DNA from: Nitrososphaerales archaeon
GTDB lineage: Archaea > Thermoproteota > Nitrososphaeria > Nitrososphaerales > CADDZS01
Reading direction: 5' to 3'
Length of the DNA stretch: 64,000 bases
Assembly: GCA_030038075.1 (NCBI GenBank)
Contig: JASHPO010000091.1
Location: forward strand, 571 to 64,570
The notes beneath the pieces were generated by a model. That model saw only the letters and a program-made list of their open reading frames with translations. It searched no databases and was not told the origin of the DNA. A program made the translations under genes and the position numbers. Below are positions 30,932-40,909 of the stretch, one piece after another; within the stretch, counting starts at the first letter, position 1, and the number at the start of each line of letters is the position of its first letter.

Positions 30932-31270
30932 TCACTGTTGCTGCTTTTTCGAGAGCTTCCACGCGAGCTCTGTTGCAATCTCCGACTTTGTCTTTCCTCT
31001 AATGTCAATGCCTTCCTTCTCAGCGGCTGCGTAGAGCGGCTCGTCGGCAGAGAGAACTTGCGAGACTGGAGCAGGACCTTGCATCGGTGGCGGCATTGGA
31101 GCTGCGGCAGGTGTAGAAGTGACTCCTTGTGGTTGGCTTTGCGAACCCTTTGTAAATTCGGCCTTTGCTTCGCCCAGAGCTCTTGCGAACTTTGGAATCC
31201 TACTCGCGCCAAACAAAACCACGACCACAACTAAGATTAGGACCCATACAACTGGATCGTCGAAAGCCAT
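30932..31270 (-). CDS. tatA: Twin-arginine translocase TatA/E
   Basis: TM then LFGASRIPKFARALGEAKAEFTKG; ATG at 31270. Confidence 0.9.
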   Translation of the reverse strand: MAFDDPVVWVLILVVVVVLFGASRIPKFARALGEAKAEFTKGSQSQPQGVTSTPAAAPMPPPMQGPAPVSQVLSADEPLYAAAEKEGIDIRGKTKSEIATELAWKLSKKQQQ

Positions 31271-31434
31271 AGAGATATTCCCGATATGCAGGGTATCAAT
31301 CTCCAAGTATTAAAGCGCTTTTTACAAATTGTTCCGAGGCGTCTCAACGGCGTGGGCGATGATTGTAAGGCTCGAAAAATCGAGTCCGTATATAAGCGAC
31401 GGAGTCAAAGTACAGATTATTAGTCGTACGCCCG

Positions 31435-32940
31435 TCAGGAAGGTATCTCTTGTGCTATTTCGATGGAGCTTTCCTGCGGCACTGGCTGGAAGTGCTTTGT
31501 CAGGTTCATTGATTTCAGTGTGAAGAGGCCATACCCCGCTAGCGAAAGGCCAAGGAACCACACCCCATGAAGAAATACAAGTCCTGCGAGCACCAATCCT
31601 GTGCAGGCAAGGAATCCCTCGACGATCCCATTGCGGTCGTTTCGCAGCGTCTGGAAGTACTTTGTTTTCGTCATCTCCTTTGCCGAGCCTGATTTCGGTG
31701 TTCTGTAGAGGAAGAATCCCATCTTGTCGAAGACTCCGTAGAAAAATCCTATCGAGCCGAGCGTGATCATGCATCCCGAAGCGTAGCCCAGCATCGGAAT
31801 TATCGCCAAGTTCGTGGGCGTCATCTGGCCCGCTGCGTAAAGCGCCCACACACCAGACAAGAGCGATACCGCGAAGGGAATCGCCACAATCGCTACGTAA
31901 ATCGGGCTGCTAAAGATCGAGTTCGCGGGCGCGACGAGATTCAGAACCACAGCAGACGCCGAGAGAAACGTAACCAATATCCAGCTCAGGCTTGAAAAGG
32001 GCGGAAGCAGCATCATGATGAGACCCAGTCTCTTGCGGATGGAAACCTTCCCGTTGCCTAGTATCTGGCTCCAGTAGTGCGCAATGCATCTCCACCATCC
32101 CTGCGACGTTCTTCCTACCTGTTTTTTCCAAGCTTCTAAGGTCGAGGGATCTTCGCTCATTATTTTGACATTGCTCAAGTAAATTCCTCGCTTGCCAGCC
32201 ATGTACATCTTTATCGAAATGTCAGTGTCGTCCGCGATTCGCTGGTTTGTCCACAGCCCGACTTCTCTCAAGTCCTTTGCCCTCACTAGAGTAAAACCTC
32301 CCTGACAGGAAAACGGCGTGTCCAATCGGTAAGATCCCATTTTCGACAGAGTGTCGCCCAGATCCTGGCTCAGGGCAAAGAGCCTCGTGACAACATTGTA
32401 ATTCCTGTTATAGTGGCCATAGCGGAACGAAACAAATCCAGTGCCTGGATGGCTCTCCAATGCATCGATCCCTTTGTTCAAGATGTCAGGAGGAATGACA
32501 GAATCGGAATCCAATAACAAAACGTAATCTCCTTTCACGTACTCCATCGCCTTGTTTAGGGCGCCGCACTTGAAGTGTTCTCTGTTCGGCCTCCGGGACA
32601 CCTTGGCGCTGATCCCCGAGCGGTTCAGATCCTGAACCTTTCTGTCAATTACGCCGATCGTTTCGTCGGTTGAATCATCCGCAACGATGACCTGAATCTT
32701 GTCCTTCGGATAGTCCAGGTGCTTCATCGCTTCGAGCGACTTTTCGATCACGAATTTTTCGTTGAACGTCGCTATGAGAATAGTAACGGGAGGATGGTAC
32801 GGAAGACGGACATCACCGGCTCCAAGCTCTCTCGGATATTTCAGCGAAGATACAAAGAGGATGACCCAGTAATACGAGAGCGCTAGGACGGGAATGCTTA
32901 GCAGGAGTGCAATCAAGTCAATTACGAGCCACAATTGCAT
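31435..32940 (-). CDS. Membrane GT2 glycosyltransferase (cellulose-synthase-like)
   Basis: DDSTD, KCGALN, DSD, DDTD, QVGRT; several TM helices. Confidence 0.85.
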   Translation of the reverse strand: MQLWLVIDLIALLLSIPVLALSYYWVILFVSSLKYPRELGAGDVRLPYHPPVTILIATFNEKFVIEKSLEAMKHLDYPKDKIQVIVADDSTDETIGVIDRKVQDLNRSGISAKVSRRPNREHFKCGALNKAMEYVKGDYVLLLDSDSVIPPDILNKGIDALESHPGTGFVSFRYGHYNRNYNVVTRLFALSQDLGDTLSKMGSYRLDTPFSCQGGFTLVRAKDLREVGLWTNQRIADDTDISIKMYMAGKRGIYLSNVKIMSEDPSTLEAWKKQVGRTSQGWWRCIAHYWSQILGNGKVSIRKRLGLIMMLLPPFSSLSWILVTFLSASAVVLNLVAPANSIFSSPIYVAIVAIPFAVSLLSGVWALYAAGQMTPTNLAIIPMLGYASGCMITLGSIGFFYGVFDKMGFFLYRTPKSGSAKEMTKTKYFQTLRNDRNGIVEGFLACTGLVLAGLVFLHGVWFLGLSLAGYGLFTLKSMNLTKHFQPVPQESSIEIAQEIPS

Positions 32941-33117
32941 AAGCTATAGGCCTGTTTGCTTCTAGCCCTCAACCATCCTTATTTTAACTAGCTCATGAGG
33001 GCCAAAATCCTTCAAATCAAGCGATTACGTTTATCTCAGAGCAAGAAATTGGGCCGAACTCAAAAATTCTTATACTCATTACCGATCAAGAAATATTTCT
33101 GGCAGAGAGAGCGGTAC

Positions 33118-34293
33118 GTGCAAAAAATCTACTTTGCCATTTTTGGCTCGGGACTAGGCCACGTAACTCGAATTCTCGACATTTCCGAGCGGCTCAGGAA
33201 CTACGGGGACAGCCAGTTCTGCTACTCTTCATTTGATCAAGCACTGAAGTACCTGGATGCGCACAAAGACTCTTCCAGCGTGGTCGAAAGCCCCAGGCTG
33301 GACGTCGAGTGGACTTCCGAAGGCAGCTTTTCTTCCCGGGATGTTCTTCCCCGATTTCCATTCATGTTCAATTCCTTTCTGAGGCAGGTTGCTTTCGAAG
33401 CAGAAAGTCTCGTAAAGTTTAATCCGAAACTTGTAGTATCCGACTCGAGGCTTTCGGCCGTTCTCGCCGCATGGGCCAAGTCCTATCCCGTGATCACAAT
33501 GCTAAACCAATTCAAGGTTACACTGCCGCCGCGTTTCAGCGGAAAGCTTCTCGGCGGCATTTATGAAAGAATTGCAGGAAACGTCCTTGGGCTCTTGTGG
33601 TCTTTGAGCGACAGTGTGCTGATGACGGACCTTCCTCCGCCGTACACGATAGGAGAGGCAAATCTGGAGGGAACCGAAATCTCTAGAATTGTAAAGTACG
33701 TTGGCTTTGTCTCCCCCAGTTTGGGTATGAACGGAGAGAGACTCGAAAAAGCTAGGCGCTCTCTCTCGCTTGATCACAGGCCGTTCATCTTTTTTCAGAT
33801 CAGCGGCCCGGACGCGACGAAGAAAAGATTTGTTGAAGTTGCCCTTCAAGCTAGCGACGAGCTCTCGAAAAGATACAACATCGCAATCTCGATGGGCTAC
33901 TCCGGCGGATCTGTCGAACCGAAGAGACTTGCCAACGGAACGTGGATCTACGACTGGTGTCCTATCAAGGACGAATTGTTCCTCCTGTCGAGCTTGGTCG
34001 TAGCGAGATCTGGCCACAGGACGATAGGAGAGTGCATCGACGCCGGCAAGCCAGCGGTGCTCGTCCCGATTCACAATCACTCTGAGCAGATCGGAAACGC
34101 CGACAAATTTCGCAGACTGGGTCTGGGTATCGACCTCAGATCTGAGCGCATGACTACGGAAAGATTGATCGAATGCGTGGATGCGTGCATAAATGATTCC
34201 AGATACAAAGAGAACATTGAAAAAATCAGAGCCATCTCGGAGAAATACAACGGAATCGAAAGAAGCGTCGAAATAATCAAGTCATATTCGTAG
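33118..34293 (+). CDS. GT-B glycosyltransferase (GT28/MJ1255-like)
   Basis: GSGLGHVTR, VARSGHRTIGE, PIHNHSEQIGNA; GTG at 33118 chosen. Confidence 0.82.
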   Translation: MQKIYFAIFGSGLGHVTRILDISERLRNYGDSQFCYSSFDQALKYLDAHKDSSSVVESPRLDVEWTSEGSFSSRDVLPRFPFMFNSFLRQVAFEAESLVKFNPKLVVSDSRLSAVLAAWAKSYPVITMLNQFKVTLPPRFSGKLLGGIYERIAGNVLGLLWSLSDSVLMTDLPPPYTIGEANLEGTEISRIVKYVGFVSPSLGMNGERLEKARRSLSLDHRPFIFFQISGPDATKKRFVEVALQASDELSKRYNIAISMGYSGGSVEPKRLANGTWIYDWCPIKDELFLLSSLVVARSGHRTIGECIDAGKPAVLVPIHNHSEQIGNADKFRRLGLGIDLRSERMTTERLIECVDACINDSRYKENIEKIRAISEKYNGIERSVEIIKSYS

Positions 34294-34321
34294 AGTATCC
34301 TAACCGCTGATGTCATTCCAG

Positions 34322-34367
34322 TGTTCTAATAATGAGAACAGCCTTGCTATGACGTAGGTTCAAATAA
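34322..34367 (+). promoter_or_regulatory. Pilin-array upstream element copy 1 (TGTTCT-N7-AGAACA, 20 nt, CAAATA)
   Basis: tgttct aataatg agaaca gccttgctatgacgtaggtt caaataa. Confidence 0.8.
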
Positions 34368-34398
34368 GTCAGAGGACATTCCCACTTTGTGTCTTACA

Positions 34399-35850
34399 TT
34401 GGCAAAAGCAAAGAGCGCAATCTCCCTTGGAGTTTCTGCCGTCATTGTTATTGTACTAATCCTCGTAGTAGGTTTTGGAGTATTCCTAAGCAATGACCTC
34501 AATTCAACTAACACAATTACTACCGCTGATTACTCCGGTTCAAGCTCCAGTTCTACCGAGAGTTCCCAGACGGCCACGACGACCATCTTCCTGCCTACCG
34601 AACAAAGCTCATCATCCACGTCTGCATCCGGCCTCAGCCTGGACCTTTTTATTGCGCCGTCAAACGGTTCGCTGGGGGAAGTGATTGAAGTAAATGAAAT
34701 CAACACGCTGGACTCTATTAACAACGTAAGTCTTGCCGATAATTGGCTCTATCCACAATCGTCCCTGGATCCCTATGCTCCTTGCAGCCTAACCGGGGCA
34801 GTAGGCTTTGCGATCTTTCAGGGAAATTATGGCCTGAACAACTACACCCACGCAAGTGCTCTTGCCTTGTACAATACGAGCGATGTCTTTTCTTGCACGA
34901 CAGCGACCTACCAGAACGCCTACTATTCGTTCATGCCGCAAAGTGATCAAGCCAATCTGGTTTATTCGCAGATGGTGATCCCAAGCGCGACCACGACGCT
35001 GTCGCTCTCATTTATCGCGAAGGGATTCTGGACCGGCGGCTCGGCTTCGGGGCAAACTCCGACATTTCACGCGTTTCAAGGCAACTACACGGTACTTGCG
35101 GCAGATGAATGGGGCAAGGTCGTTCTGATTCATTTCACCGCGAGCAGTGCCGGCATTTCCTCAGGAACAACGTCTACGACGGGATATGTTACATCGAACT
35201 CAAGCTCTCCGACAGTTACGACGACAAGCACCGTGAACTGGAATTATGGAATGCTTGCAAATTTGACGTTAAATTCTCCAAAAGTCCTACCGTATATCGA
35301 GAGTGCCTACTCCTACGTTGTCTCGATGTATCCAGATCATTATGGTCCAAACCTTATGACTGTCATTATTGATGTGAACGGTAGCCAGAGTGTAGTAGGA
35401 AACTACACGACAGGTTACACCATAACTTACAGCGGAATTAAGGTACTGAATGCAACTGTTCAATTTATCACGCCCAGCAGTTACTTCTTGGCCGGAGTTG
35501 GTGTCACCAACCTTCCGAACCAAACAGAATCAGTTTCATTTTCATCGCAAGAGCAGCACATAGTCCAGGTCGCGCTGTCGAACAGCACGGTACAGAAGCT
35601 AATGGGCGCTACATCTTCTTACTACGTAGAATATATCGATCAATTTCCGATACAGAATGGCACTTATGGAGGGGATTATTTTGTTTTCTTGTTTCAGATA
35701 AACGGAACGCGAACGATAGGAATATTCGTCAACCCAGGAATTACGGCAGTGGTGAATGCGTACGCCGATACTAGGATTATCACGTTTTGCTATGGTCCCC
35801 TTACTCCAGGTGCATGCTTCACCAGTCCATGGAATGCCACCACCAGTTAG
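34399..35850 (+). CDS. S/T-rich surface protein with class III-like signal peptide; contains a DEWG domain
   Basis: TTG-AKAKSA/ISLGVSAVIVIVLILVVGFG; NYTVLAADEWGKVVL; many sequons. Confidence 0.75.
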   Translation: MAKAKSAISLGVSAVIVIVLILVVGFGVFLSNDLNSTNTITTADYSGSSSSSTESSQTATTTIFLPTEQSSSSTSASGLSLDLFIAPSNGSLGEVIEVNEINTLDSINNVSLADNWLYPQSSLDPYAPCSLTGAVGFAIFQGNYGLNNYTHASALALYNTSDVFSCTTATYQNAYYSFMPQSDQANLVYSQMVIPSATTTLSLSFIAKGFWTGGSASGQTPTFHAFQGNYTVLAADEWGKVVLIHFTASSAGISSGTTSTTGYVTSNSSSPTVTTTSTVNWNYGMLANLTLNSPKVLPYIESAYSYVVSMYPDHYGPNLMTVIIDVNGSQSVVGNYTTGYTITYSGIKVLNATVQFITPSSYFLAGVGVTNLPNQTESVSFSSQEQHIVQVALSNSTVQKLMGATSSYYVEYIDQFPIQNGTYGGDYFVFLFQINGTRTIGIFVNPGITAVVNAYADTRIITFCYGPLTPGACFTSPWNATTS

Positions 35851-35944
35851 ATGAAGTAGTCGCACGGCCTCATCAGAGCAAAGAGGGGATTCACAGTACC
35901 AGAGCCAAAAAGATCCATCGGGACAACAATAACATAGCATGCGG

Positions 35945-36127
35945 CTAGGAGCAAGTAGTCGTCAGTTGGACAAATTGGGCTATCTCTGAATCGGCAGTGG
36001 CGGCTGCCTTTCTGCCTCTCTCAATTGCGGATTCGTTAGGAAATGATGGAGGCGGCAGATTCGCAGAGGGAGGACGTATCCTTGTCCTGTAGTGTGAAAC
36101 TGAAAGCCGTTGCTTTGTTTTTACCAA
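35945..36127 (-). pseudogene. Degenerate remnant of the MAKA family on the minus strand
   Basis: Start context tgtctttcattggtaaaaacaaag matches the family context tgtcttacattggcaaaagcaaag, but the hydrophobic segment is lost. Confidence 0.4.
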
Positions 36128-36156
36128 TGAAAGACAGCGTCAATGATTTTGCTTAT

Positions 36157-36747
36157 CTACGACCATGTGCCCTGGAAGCCGAAGTACGCGTCGCTGTCTG
36201 CAGGATACGAGCCATAGCTGTCGACAAGTTTAACCTCAAAGCCCCCCTCGGCAGCCGACCCGCTGGCCTGATGGGAGAGCACTGACGTCTGGACTGTGCA
36301 GGTAGCGGAAACCTGTGAGTTGGCGGCAATGCCTGCTGTCGCTGGGCCGCCCATAGTACCATTGACAGCGACTGATTCGGTGACCCTACCGCTGGAGCCA
36401 GCAATTACCGTGATCTCGCACGCTACCAAGTCTAGGGATGCGTTGCTGTTGTTGACTATCGTCATCGTACAGACGCCGCTCGCAAGAGAACAGGAGACGT
36501 TGCTTGCTGATAGTTCACCCAACAGGAGTGCAGGGGGAGATATGGGACCGCTGGAATTTCCTGTAGGCGAACCTGTGGCCGTGATGGTTGTTGTTATTCC
36601 GCCTAAAGTATTGCTTACGGTTCCTGAACTAACAGAAGCTGTACTGTTCTGCTGCTGAGGCAAATAGACTATGCCCAAGCCCAAGCCAAGTCCAACTATT
36701 ATCGCCAAAGCCGATCCAAGCACTATTTGTCGTCTGTATTCTGACAA
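36157..36747 (-). CDS. Membrane-anchored S/T-rich secreted protein
   Basis: RRQIVLGSALAIIVGLGLGLGIVY then low-complexity linker and a Cys-containing beta-rich domain. Confidence 0.65.
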   Translation of the reverse strand: MSEYRRQIVLGSALAIIVGLGLGLGIVYLPQQQNSTASVSSGTVSNTLGGITTTITATGSPTGNSSGPISPPALLLGELSASNVSCSLASGVCTMTIVNNSNASLDLVACEITVIAGSSGRVTESVAVNGTMGGPATAGIAANSQVSATCTVQTSVLSHQASGSAAEGGFEVKLVDSYGSYPADSDAYFGFQGTWS

Positions 36748-36825
36748 TTTTGATTTTAACCGTCTGGAGTGATAATGGACTAGTCAGATACTTAGCTCTA
36801 CGTTTTCGGATGTGCTTCACATGGT

Positions 36826-36878
36826 CTATACTAACTTTAGTATAGGAATTCCAGCGTCTTATGCTACTTTTAGTATAA
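36826..36878. promoter_or_regulatory. Tandem palindromic operators CTATACTAA-CT-TTAGTATAG and TTATGCTA-CTTT-TAGTATAA
   Basis: Two related palindromes between the divergent secreted-protein and membrane wHTH genes. Confidence 0.6.
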
Positions 36879-36946
36879 CAAAAGCCATACTTAATCGGCA
36901 ATGGTTGTCATGGGCGAACCTACCTGAAACTTATCGCTAGGGAACG

Positions 36947-37408
36947 ATGACGATAGAAGTGGCGAAACCAACCGATAACAAAGAGAAGGCTGCAGATTCC
37001 ACATCTGTCTTGTCGGGAACGACCTTACGGGTCTATCGATTCCTATACAGGGAAGGAAGACCTACAAACATTCATGATGTACAGAGAGGTCTCGGCCTCA
37101 GTTCTGCCTCTGTCGCGCAGTACCACTTGAAGAAGCTTCTCCAAGCGGGTCTTGTCAAGGAGCAGAACGAGGGATACGTTGTTGATAGGATGGTCTTTGA
37201 GAACATGATCAGAATCAGGCGTGCAGTTATTCCCTTCCAAATTGCTTATGCGGTCTTCTTTGGAACGCTACTTGCTGTCCTGCTAATATTTTTGAGGAAC
37301 ACAAGTCAGATAAGTTCCGTCTTTCTCTTTGCCCTTACCGTGAATGTTTCTGCATTGGTTCTCTTTAGTTTCGAGACTTTGAGAAGCTTTAAACAGCGAT
37401 CAATCTAG
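36947..37408 (+). CDS. Membrane-anchored winged-HTH regulator
   Basis: GTTLRVY...VQRGLGLSSASVAQYHLKKLL plus two TM helices; paralog of 28124. Confidence 0.8.
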   Translation: MTIEVAKPTDNKEKAADSTSVLSGTTLRVYRFLYREGRPTNIHDVQRGLGLSSASVAQYHLKKLLQAGLVKEQNEGYVVDRMVFENMIRIRRAVIPFQIAYAVFFGTLLAVLLIFLRNTSQISSVFLFALTVNVSALVLFSFETLRSFKQRSI

Positions 37409-37421
37409 CTTCATCAAGCCT

Positions 37422-37442
37422 TGTTCTAAGTCAGCCAGAACA
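37422..37442. promoter_or_regulatory. Variant palindrome TGTTCT-N9-AGAACA
   Basis: tgttct aagtcagcc agaaca; no CAAATA box at +20. Confidence 0.4.
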
Positions 37443-37618
37443 GGCGGCATTATTTTTCATAGTTCGCTTGCACTCGATAAGTGTCCAAATCCATAACGTA
37501 TGGATATTAAGGTCGTATTGGGGAAAAAGGTTGATAGACAAACAGATGCCCACTCAGTTTGAATAGATAACAGAAAACAGAGACCACCCCGCGGGACGAA
37601 GCAATCGGAAAGATTCTC

Positions 37619-37939
37619 ATGAAGCGTTATCCTGGAAGGCGAGCGGAACTCGTCGTTTTCGCAACAACATTGCTCGCGACTCAGAACGTCGATTTCGATT
37701 ATTTGCTAAACCATGCGAAGGAACAAGGGTTGGAGAACAAAGTACTTGCGATTCTCTTGGAGATCGACAAAACACTTGCTTTCGCGAACCCTGACGTAGA
37801 AGACGTTCGAACGCTACAAGCTGAAAAATTGTACCAACAAGTGTGTCGGCGACTGCTCAAGTCGATCCAGCGAATTCAATTGGCCAATAAGAAACATGTA
37901 ATAACAATATACCAAAGTCCAAACGAAATAGTCGAGTAG
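37619..37939 (+). CDS. Hypothetical protein, probably an N-terminally decayed fragment
   Basis: VDFDYLLNHAKEQGLE segment; upstream frame interrupted. Confidence 0.4.
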   Translation: MKRYPGRRAELVVFATTLLATQNVDFDYLLNHAKEQGLENKVLAILLEIDKTLAFANPDVEDVRTLQAEKLYQQVCRRLLKSIQRIQLANKKHVITIYQSPNEIVE

Positions 37940-38081
37940 GCCGGAAAGCAACTTGGAATAAGAGGCTAAGACAGACCTGCCATAGAGGCTCGTAAGAGTA
38001 TCTACTTAGTTTGAATCGGGGATATTTTGTTACTTCGGGTATGAAACCTTAATAATGGGGACAACCGTCTAAATTGGGGAA

Positions 38082-38333
38082 ATGGCCCAGGTCACAAAAG
38101 TCGATGATAGGGGCAGAATCAAGCTCTCAAAAAGCATAGCCGAGCCGGGTAATTCTGTCGTAATAATTGATGCCGAGACTTATTTCCTAGGCATTCCAAT
38201 CGAAAGAAATCCCGTACCCGCTTCGGGATCATGGATGAAAACGACTAGAGACGTTCAGTCCTTGAAAAAAATAGCTGAATATGAAGCATCCAAAGATGCA
38301 TTAGCCAGAGCCAAGCACCATAAACAAATTTAG
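38082..38333 (+). CDS. vapB: AbrB-fold VapB antitoxin
   Basis: KVDDRGRIKL; upstream of a PIN gene. Confidence 0.8.
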   Translation: MAQVTKVDDRGRIKLSKSIAEPGNSVVIIDAETYFLGIPIERNPVPASGSWMKTTRDVQSLKKIAEYEASKDALARAKHHKQI

Positions 38334-38355
38334 CTCACCTGATCGATCTGAGAAA

Positions 38356-38775
38356 TTGCTTCTAGAAAGCGATGTTCTATTCGCGCACATTAAGGAAACT
38401 GATTGGCTGAAGAAAGATGCGGATCGACTACTTTCAGAGGTTGAGAGGGGTAGTTTCGGCACAATATATGCGAGTCGGGAAACACTCCATGAACTATACT
38501 ACCTCTCCCCGAAAGTTGGCTGGAAGCCTCAGGAGGCTCTTTCCAAGATAGCTTCTCTAACCCAAATCAAAAATTTATCCTGGCCTCCAACTACAACAGA
38601 TGTTGATCTTCTAGCCCTTTCCCTACTTTCGACTTATGATATTTCGTCAATTTTTGATGCATATCATGCCGCTGCTTGTTTGTTAAACGATCCTGAACAC
38701 ATCATAGTTTCAACCGACGATGTCTATGATAAGATAAAGAATCTTACAAGAGTAGAACCCAAGTCGGTTCATTGA
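38356..38775 (+). CDS. vapC: VapC PIN-domain toxin
   Basis: LLESDVL, SRETLHEL, FDAYHAA, IVSTDDVYD. Confidence 0.85.
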   Translation: MLLESDVLFAHIKETDWLKKDADRLLSEVERGSFGTIYASRETLHELYYLSPKVGWKPQEALSKIASLTQIKNLSWPPTTTDVDLLALSLLSTYDISSIFDAYHAAACLLNDPEHIIVSTDDVYDKIKNLTRVEPKSVH

Positions 38776-39021
38776 AACAGTCGGGTCCTGATTTGAGCAA
38801 AGTCGAAGAGTTTGCGAACAAATTTCAGTTAGAAGAAAAAATAATCGAGAACTTGAAAGCCCTTCGTCGACGCAGAATCAAGATTAACAATTCGGACAAG
38901 CTGTCATTATTTCATAAGAATCGTGATCTGAAGAACCAATTTCAAAGTACATTTGAGCGCAACGACATATTTCGATAGACTTTTTCTTGCTGACAAAATT
39001 GCGAGGGGCTGTTGAGGAACA

Positions 39022-39067
39022 TGTTCTAATTTCCAGAACAGTTCTGCTATTGCATATACTCAAATAA
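39022..39067 (+). promoter_or_regulatory. Pilin-array upstream element copy 2
   Basis: tgttct aatttcc agaaca gttctgctattgcatatact caaataa. Confidence 0.8.
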
Positions 39068-39099
39068 GCCTGAGCTGATTTTGATAACTGTTACCCGAA

Positions 39100-40017
39100 T
39101 TGGCAAAAGCAAACGAAGCAATCTCTACGGGAGTATCTGCACTTATTGTCATTGTAATAGTTCTCATTGTTGGATTCGGAGTCTATCTCGATGCTACCAT
39201 CAACACCGCCAGCACGAGTAGCGTCAGTAATGGAAGTTCCAAGACCGCAACCATTAATTCGACTTTTAGTGCGAACAACACAGAAACAGAAAGCCCAGTT
39301 AGTAACTACACTGCGACGACGGCTACTGTCGTCACTTCAGAAACTCCTCCATGCACTCCTTCCAGTGCATATATTTCGACATCTACTTTATCTGAGCAGT
39401 CTAGTATAACAACAGTTCAGGTGGCATATGATGGCACGACATGTAATTTCGGAAATAGTTTGTTTGAACCTCCCTCGGCAATCCTAATTCCCGCAAATAC
39501 TCTCGTCTGGACAAACTTCCAATTGCAAGTTAATAACAGCTATTTTGTTAATGCTGCAATTCATTTCTTACCTTTCCCTGCTGTAGTAGGCGCTAACATA
39601 ACCGTGGCTGTTTATTTGAATGACATTCTCAACTCGAGCTCGACAACACCAGTAACTCAGTTGCCGAATGCGGTAACCAATTCTTCATTGATCCCCACAT
39701 CTAACTCTTCAAATTCGATTTTCGCGCTAACGGGCGTGACTCCAACTGGGGGAGTAGGCATGCAAACAGGATCCGCGGTAAATCTCAACGGCACGACTAT
39801 CACTATTGCCATTCTAAGTGACAAGCCTCTCTGGCTTTCCGGTTGGACTCCAGAAGATATGTCAAAGGGCACGGGTGCGCAATTTGGACAATCAACAGGG
39901 CAGCTCAGTGGCACCTACGAATGGCCTGACTCTGGATTATCTCTTCCCAATTCATTACCGCAACCAACAACCAAGTTGACCTTTGAACTTCAGATTTCAG
40001 GGGATTACTTTTCATAA
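39100..40017 (+). CDS. S/T-rich surface protein with class III-like signal peptide
   Basis: MAKANEA/ISTGVSALIVIVIVLIVGFGVYLDAT. Confidence 0.75.
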   Translation: MAKANEAISTGVSALIVIVIVLIVGFGVYLDATINTASTSSVSNGSSKTATINSTFSANNTETESPVSNYTATTATVVTSETPPCTPSSAYISTSTLSEQSSITTVQVAYDGTTCNFGNSLFEPPSAILIPANTLVWTNFQLQVNNSYFVNAAIHFLPFPAVVGANITVAVYLNDILNSSSTTPVTQLPNAVTNSSLIPTSNSSNSIFALTGVTPTGGVGMQTGSAVNLNGTTITIAILSDKPLWLSGWTPEDMSKGTGAQFGQSTGQLSGTYEWPDSGLSLPNSLPQPTTKLTFELQISGDYFS

Positions 40018-40159
40018 AAAGTGTCGATTACTTCGGCGTCACCTTTGAAACCCTTCGTGCTCTGACTGTGTCAACAATGAGAAATTCCAAAGAATAGTGA
40101 ATCCGTTGTAAACTTCAGAAGCGGTCAGCCCGCCAATTCCGAAATCCCTTTGTTCGTTG

Positions 40160-40177
40160 GGTAATTTTTATATTACC
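40160..40177. promoter_or_regulatory. Palindrome GGTAAT-N6-ATTACC, candidate VapB operator
   Basis: Overlaps the TTTATA box just upstream of the antitoxin. Confidence 0.55.
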
Positions 40178-40199
40178 ATCTGTGTATTACCATATGAAC

Positions 40200-40460
40200 A
40201 TGGCCGAAGTCGTAAGTATCAAAGTCGACAAGAAGACAAAAGAGAGAATGCAGCGGTTCTCGAACATAAACTGGAGCGACACCATTCGCAATGCTATACG
40301 AAGTAGATTGGAGGAAGAGGAATTGAAGGACCGAAGAAACTTGGACCTGAAGGAGTTAGACGAAGCTTCCAAAATTTCAGACTCTATACGTAGGCCTTCT
40401 GCTCTTGGCTGGAATTCAACGGCGGAAATAAGGAAATGGAGAGACGCGAGAAAGAGGTAA
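40200..40460 (+). CDS. vapB: RHH-type VapB antitoxin
   Basis: VVSIKVDKKTKERM...INWSDTIRNAI...STAEIRKWRD. Confidence 0.85.
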   Translation: MAEVVSIKVDKKTKERMQRFSNINWSDTIRNAIRSRLEEEELKDRRNLDLKELDEASKISDSIRRPSALGWNSTAEIRKWRDARKR

Positions 40461-40867
40461 TCGTCGTTGACGCCTCGGTGATCGTGAAATGGTTTGTCGA
40501 AGAGGATTATACGAGGCATGCGCTCAGGATGCGGGATGACTACAAGAAGGGAATCATAGACATTTGGTCGACAGAACTGATGCCGTTCGAAGTAATTAAT
40601 GCGCTTCGATATAATTCGGAACTTGGACAGCAAGAGATTGGCAAGGTGACCAAGTCACTTTCTAAATTCAAGATTGCCCTTTATCCATTGTTGAAGGAGC
40701 TCGGCGATTTGAGTATTGAGCTCGCACTAAAATACGGCTTGACAATCTATGACTCTTCTTACTTGGCACTCGGTCGGACATTTGATAAAGCACTGTACAC
40801 GGCCGATGAAAAGATGATGTCGAAGATCTCAGGCAAAGAGAGAGTAACCCACCTGAAAGAATATTGA
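40436..40867 (+). CDS. vapC: VapC PIN-domain toxin
   Basis: VVDASVIVKW, EVINAL, TIYDSSYLAL, LYTADEK. Confidence 0.9.
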   Translation: MERREKEVIVVDASVIVKWFVEEDYTRHALRMRDDYKKGIIDIWSTELMPFEVINALRYNSELGQQEIGKVTKSLSKFKIALYPLLKELGDLSIELALKYGLTIYDSSYLALGRTFDKALYTADEKMMSKISGKERVTHLKEY

Positions 40868-40909
40868 TTTCGCTCCCGCTAACAGGAACGGTATCACTGA
40901 AAGTGAGTT

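Noticed and set aside
38772..38978. 69-codon ORF after vapC
   Set aside because: No recognisable motif; it may be a gene fragment but cannot be supported.
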